Origin: Neoechinorhynchus agilis | Lineage: Eukaryota; Animalia; Acanthocephala | DNA length: 64,000 nt | NCBI GenBank assembly: GCA_051530055.1 | Contig: CM121341.1 | Coordinates: 3,631,761-3,695,760 of the forward strand | Direction: 5' to 3' | In this document: piece after piece, positions 59,485 to 64,000 of the stretch | Layout: every line of letters begins with the position of its first letter | How positions within the stretch are numbered: the stretch's first letter is position 1 | The notes under the pieces: model-generated | The model's database searches: none | What the model was told of the DNA's origin: nothing | The model's input: the letters and a program-made list of their open reading frames with translations, nothing else | Program-made: the position numbers and the translations under genes

Positions 59485-62400
59485 CATTCTCTAAATCATT
59501 TGAACTCGAGTTTCGAAGAACTTTTATCCCTAAAAAGATCGTTTATCGCGAAAATCGGATTCAGCGCCTAGGGAAAGTTTAAGCGGATATCCGTTTCAAA
59601 GTCTGTTTTTTATTTCGATTTAACCTTTTTTGAACATTCTCTAAATCATTTGAACTCGAGTTTCGAAGAACTTTTATCCCTAAAAAGATCGTTTATCGCG
59701 AAAACCGGATTCAGCGCCTAGGGAAAGTTTAAGCGGATATCCGTTTCAAAGTCTGTTTTTATTTCGATTTAACCTTTCTTGAACATTCTCTAAATCATTT
59801 GAACTTTAGTTTCGAAGAACTTTTATCCCTAAAAAGATCGTTTATCGCGAAAATCGGATTCAGCGCCTAGGGAAAGTTTAAGCGGATTCCGTTTCAAAGT
59901 CTGTTTTTTATTTCGATTTAACCTTTTTTGAACATTCTCTAAATCATTTGAACTCGAGTTTCGAAGAACTTTTATCCCTAAAAAGATCGTTTATCGCGAA
60001 AATCGGATTCAGCGCCTAGGGAAAGTTTAAGCGGATATCCGTTTCAAAGTCTGTTTTTTATTTCGATTTAACCTTTTTTGAACATTCTCTAAATCATTTG
60101 AACTTTAGTTTCGAAGAACTTTTATCCCTAAAAAGATCGTTTATCGCGAAAATCGGATTCAGCGCCTGGAAAGTTTAAGCGGTCTTGAACATTCTCTAAA
60201 TCATTTGAACTTTAGTTTCGAAGAACTTTTATCCCTAAAAAGATCGTTTATCGCGAAAATCGGATTCAGCGCCTAGGGAAAGTTTAAGCGGATATCCGTT
60301 TCAAAGTCTGTTTTTTATTTCGATTTAACCTTTCTTGAACATTCTCTAAATAATCTGAACTCGAGTTTCGAAGAACTTTTATCCCTAAAAAGATCGTTTA
60401 TCGCGAAAATCGGATTCAGCGCCTTTGGAAAGTTTAAGCGGTCTTGAACATTCTCTAAATCATTTGAACTTTAGTTTCGAAGAACTTTTATCCCTAAAAA
60501 GATCGTTTATCGCGAAAATCGGATTCAGCGCCTAGGGAAAGTTTAAGCGGATATCCGTTTCAAAGTCTGTTTTTTATTTCGATTTAACCTTTCTTGAACA
60601 TTCTCTAAATCATTTGAACTTTAGTTTCGAAGAACTTTTATCCCTAAAAAGATCGTTTATCGCGAAAATCGGATTCAGCGCCTAGGGAAAGTTTAAGCGG
60701 ATATCCGTTTCAAGTCTGTTTTTTATTTCGATTTAACCTTTTTTGAACATTCTCTAAATCATTTGAACTCGAGTTTCGAAGAACTTTTATCCCTAAAAAG
60801 ATCGTTTATCGCGAAAATCGGATTCAGCGCCTTGGGAAAGTTTAAGCGGTCTTGAACATTCTCTAAATCATTTGAACTTTAGTTTCGAAGAACTTTTATC
60901 CCTAAAAAGATCGTTTATCGCGAAAATCGGATTCAGCGCCTAGGAAAGTTTAAGCGGATATCCGTTTCAAAGTCTGTTTTTTATTTCGATTTAACCTTTT
61001 TTGAACATTCTCTAAATAATTTGAACTCGAGTTTCGAAGAACTTTTATCTAAAAAGATCGTTTATCGCGAAAATCGGATTCAGCGCCTAGGGAAAGTTTA
61101 AGCGGATATCCGTTTCAAAGTCTGTTTTTTATTTCGATTTAACCTTTCTTGAACATTCTCTAAATCATTTGAACTTTAGTTTCGAAGAACTTTTATCCCT
61201 AAAAGATCGTTTATCGCGAAAATCGGATTCAGCGCCTAGGGAAAGTTTAAGCGGATATCCGTAAAGTCTGTTTTTTATTTCGATTTAACCTTTTTTGAAC
61301 ATTCTCTAAATAATCTGAACTCGAGTTTCGAAGAACTTTTATCCCTAAAAAGATCGTTTATCGCGAAAACCGGATTCAGCGCCTGGGAAAGTTTAAGCGG
61401 TCTTGAACATTCTCTAAATCATTTGAACTTTAGTTTCGAAGAACTTTTATCCCTAAAAAGATCGTTTATCGCGAAAATCGGATTCAGCGCCTAGGGAAAG
61501 TTTAAGCGGATATCCGTTTCAAAGTCTGTTTTTTATTTCGATTTAACCTTTTTTGAACATTCTCTAAATCATTTGAACTCGAGTTTCGAAGAACTTTTAT
61601 CCCTAAAAAGATCGTTTATCGCGAAAATCGGATTCAGCGCCTAGGGAAAGTTTAAGCGGATATCCGTTTCAAAGTCTGTTTTTTATTTCGATTTAACCTT
61701 TTTTGAACATTCTCTAAATCATTTGAACTCGAGTTTCGAAGAACTTTTATCCTAAAAGATCGTTTATCGCGAAAATCGGATTCAGCGCCTGGGAAAGTTT
61801 AAGCGGTCTTGAATTCTCTAAATCATTTGAACTTTAGTTTCGAAGAACTTTTATCCCTAAAAAGATCGTTTATCGCGAAAATCGGATTCAGCGCCTAGGG
61901 AAAGTTTAAGCGGATATCCGTTTCAAAGTCTGTTTTTTATTTCGATTTAACCTTTCTTGAACATTCTCTAAATAATTTGAACTCTAGTTTCGAAGAACTT
62001 TTATCCCTAAAAAGATCGTTTATCGCGAAAATCGGATTCAGCGCCTAGGGAAAGTTTAAGCGGTCTTGAACATTCTCTAAATCATTTGAACTTTAGTTTC
62101 GAAGAACTTTTATCCCTAAAAAGATCGTTTATCGCGAAAATCGGATTCAGCGCCTAGGGAAAGTTTAAGCGGATATCCGTTTCAAAGTCTGTTTTTTATT
62201 TCGATTTAACCTTTCTTGAACATTCTCTAAATAATCTGAACTCGAGTTTCGAAGAACTTTTATCCCTAAAAAGATCGTTTATCGCGAAAATCGGATTCAG
62301 CGCCTTGGGAAAGTTTAAGCGGTCTTGAACATTCTCTAAATCATTTGAACTTTAGTTTCGAAGAACTTTTATCCCTAAAAAGATCGTTTATCGCGAAAAT

Positions 62401-64000
62401 CGGATTCAGCGCCTAGGGAAAGTTTAAGCGGTCTTGAACATTCTCTAAATCATTTGAACTTTAGTTTCAAGAACTTTTATCCCTAAAAAGATCGTTTATC
62501 GCGAAAATCGGATTCAGCGCCTAGGGAAAGTTTAAGCGGTTTTGAACATTCTCTAAATCATTTGAACTCTAGTTTCGAAGAACTTTTATCCCTAAAAAGA
62601 TCGTTTATCGCGAAAATCGGATTCAGCGCCTAGGGAAAGTTTAAGCGGATATCCGTTTCAAAGTCTGTTTTTTATTTCGATTTAACCTTTTTTGAACATT
62701 CTCTAAATCATTTGAACTCGAGTTTCGAAGAACTTTTATCCCTAAAAAGATCGTTTATCGCGAAAATCGGATTCAGCGCCTAGGGAAAGTTTAAGCGGAT
62801 ATCCGTTTCAAAGTCTGTTTTTTATTTCGATTTAACCTTTTTTGAACATTCTCTAAATCATTTGAACTCGAGTTTCGAAGAACTTTTATCCCTAAAAAGA
62901 TCGTTTATCGCGAAAATCGGATTCAGCGCCTGGGGAAAGTTTAAGCGGATATCCGTTTCAAAGTCTGTTTTTTATTTCGATTTAACCTTTCTTGAACATT
63001 CTCTAAATCATTTGAACTTTAGTTTCGAAGAACTTTTATCCCTAAAAAGATCGTTTATCGCGAAAATCGGATTCAGCGCCTAGGGAAAGTTTAAGCGGAT
63101 ATCCGTTTCAAAGTCTGTTTTTTATTTCGATTTAACCTTTTTTGAACATTCTCTAAATCATTTGAACTCGAGTTTCGAAGAACTTTTATCCCTAAAAAGA
63201 TCGTTTATCGCGAAAACCGGATTCAGCGCCTAGGGAAAGTTTAAGCGGATATCCGTTTCAAAGTCTGTTTTTTATTTCGATTTAACCTTTTTTGAACATT
63301 CTCTAAATCATTTGAACTCGAGTTTCGAAGAACTTTTATCCCTAAAAAGATCGTTTATCGCGAAAATCGGATTCAGCGCCTAGGGAAAGTTTAAGCGGAT
63401 ATCCGTTTCAAAGTCTGTTTTTTATTTCGATTTAACCTTTCTTGAACATTCTCTAAATCATTTGAACTCGAGTTTCGAAGAACTTTTATCCCTAAAAAGA
63501 TCGTTTATCGCGAAAATCGGATTCAGCGCCTGGGGAAAGTTTAAGCGGTCTTGAACATTCTCTAAATAATTTGAACTTTAGTTTCGAAGAACTTTTATCC
63601 CTAAAAAGATCGTTTATCGCGAAAATCGGATTCAGCGCCTAGGGAAAGTTTAAGCGGATATCCGTTTCAAAGTCTGTTTTTTATTTCGATTTAACCTTTT
63701 TTGAACATTCTCTAAATCATTTGAACTCGAGTTTCGAAGAACTTTTATCCCTAAAAAGATCGTTTATCGCGAAAACCGGATTCAGCGCCTGGGGAAAGTT
63801 TAAGCGGTCTTGAACATTCTCTAAATCATTTGAACTTTAGTTTCGAAGAACTTTTATCCCTAAAAAGATCGTTTATCGCGAAAATCGGATTCAGCGCCTA
63901 GGGAAAGTTTAAGCGGATATCCGTTTCAAAGTCTGTTTTTTATTTCGATTTAACCTTTTTTGAACATTCTCTAAATCATTTGAACTCGAGTTTCGAAGAA
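59485..64000. repeat. Satellite F: 150-bp and 109-bp unit variants, runs off the window end
   Basis: GAACATTCTCTAAATCATTTGAAC recurs with periods of 149-150 bp (59632, 59781, 59930) and 109 bp (60337 to 60446). The unit is rich in palindromes (CTCGAG, TTCGAA, TCGCGA, CCTAGG, CGGATATCCG). Confidence 0.99.

Noticed and set aside
1-64000. CRISPR-like reading of the repeat arrays
   Set aside because: There are no unique spacers: the variable parts are recurring alleles of the same sequence. No cas genes are present and the context is a spliced eukaryotic genome.

Overview
Eukaryotic, not prokaryotic: an AT-rich, gene-dense stretch of a compact invertebrate animal genome. It uses the standard genetic code and mostly 35-55 nt GT-AG introns. 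About 19 kb (~30%) is taken up by six unrelated tandem-repeat arrays: 180 bp at 1-6694, 268 bp at 14.2-15.1 kb, 184/142 bp at 33.0-36.2 kb, ~186 bp and ~120 bp both inside one CELF intron, and 150/109 bp from 59.5 kb to the window end. Recognisable genes are Nup160, an invertebrate-type contactin (C-type lectin + Ig + FN3), a KLF zinc-finger factor, MTRFR/C12orf65, a shortened Par-3, a full-length ABCB/P-glycoprotein-like transporter, TBK1/IKKepsilon and a CELF (Bruno-like) RNA-binding protein. There are also several orphan genes, two of them spliced and missed or fragmented by the ORF track. Decayed sequence includes a DUSP22/15-like phosphatase broken by clean short deletions, a neurobeachin-like WD40 fragment, a possible piggyBac remnant and three CRE-clade (RT + restriction-like endonuclease) retrotransposon copies. 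The most notable observations are: (1) both ATPase sites of the ABCB protein are degenerate although the ORF is intact; (2) the Nup160 start codon lies 7 nt after a CpG- and CRE-motif-rich satellite, so the satellite may serve as its promoter; (3) a perfect 12-bp stem pairs the 5' and 3' splice sites of a 40-nt CELF intron whose retention would truncate the protein; (4) two unrelated satellites both have short variants lacking 41-42 bp. All family assignments come from manual translation and remembered motifs, with no database search. Exon boundaries are hand-derived, and at least one repeat unit looks like low-quality consensus, so some lesions may be assembly errors.
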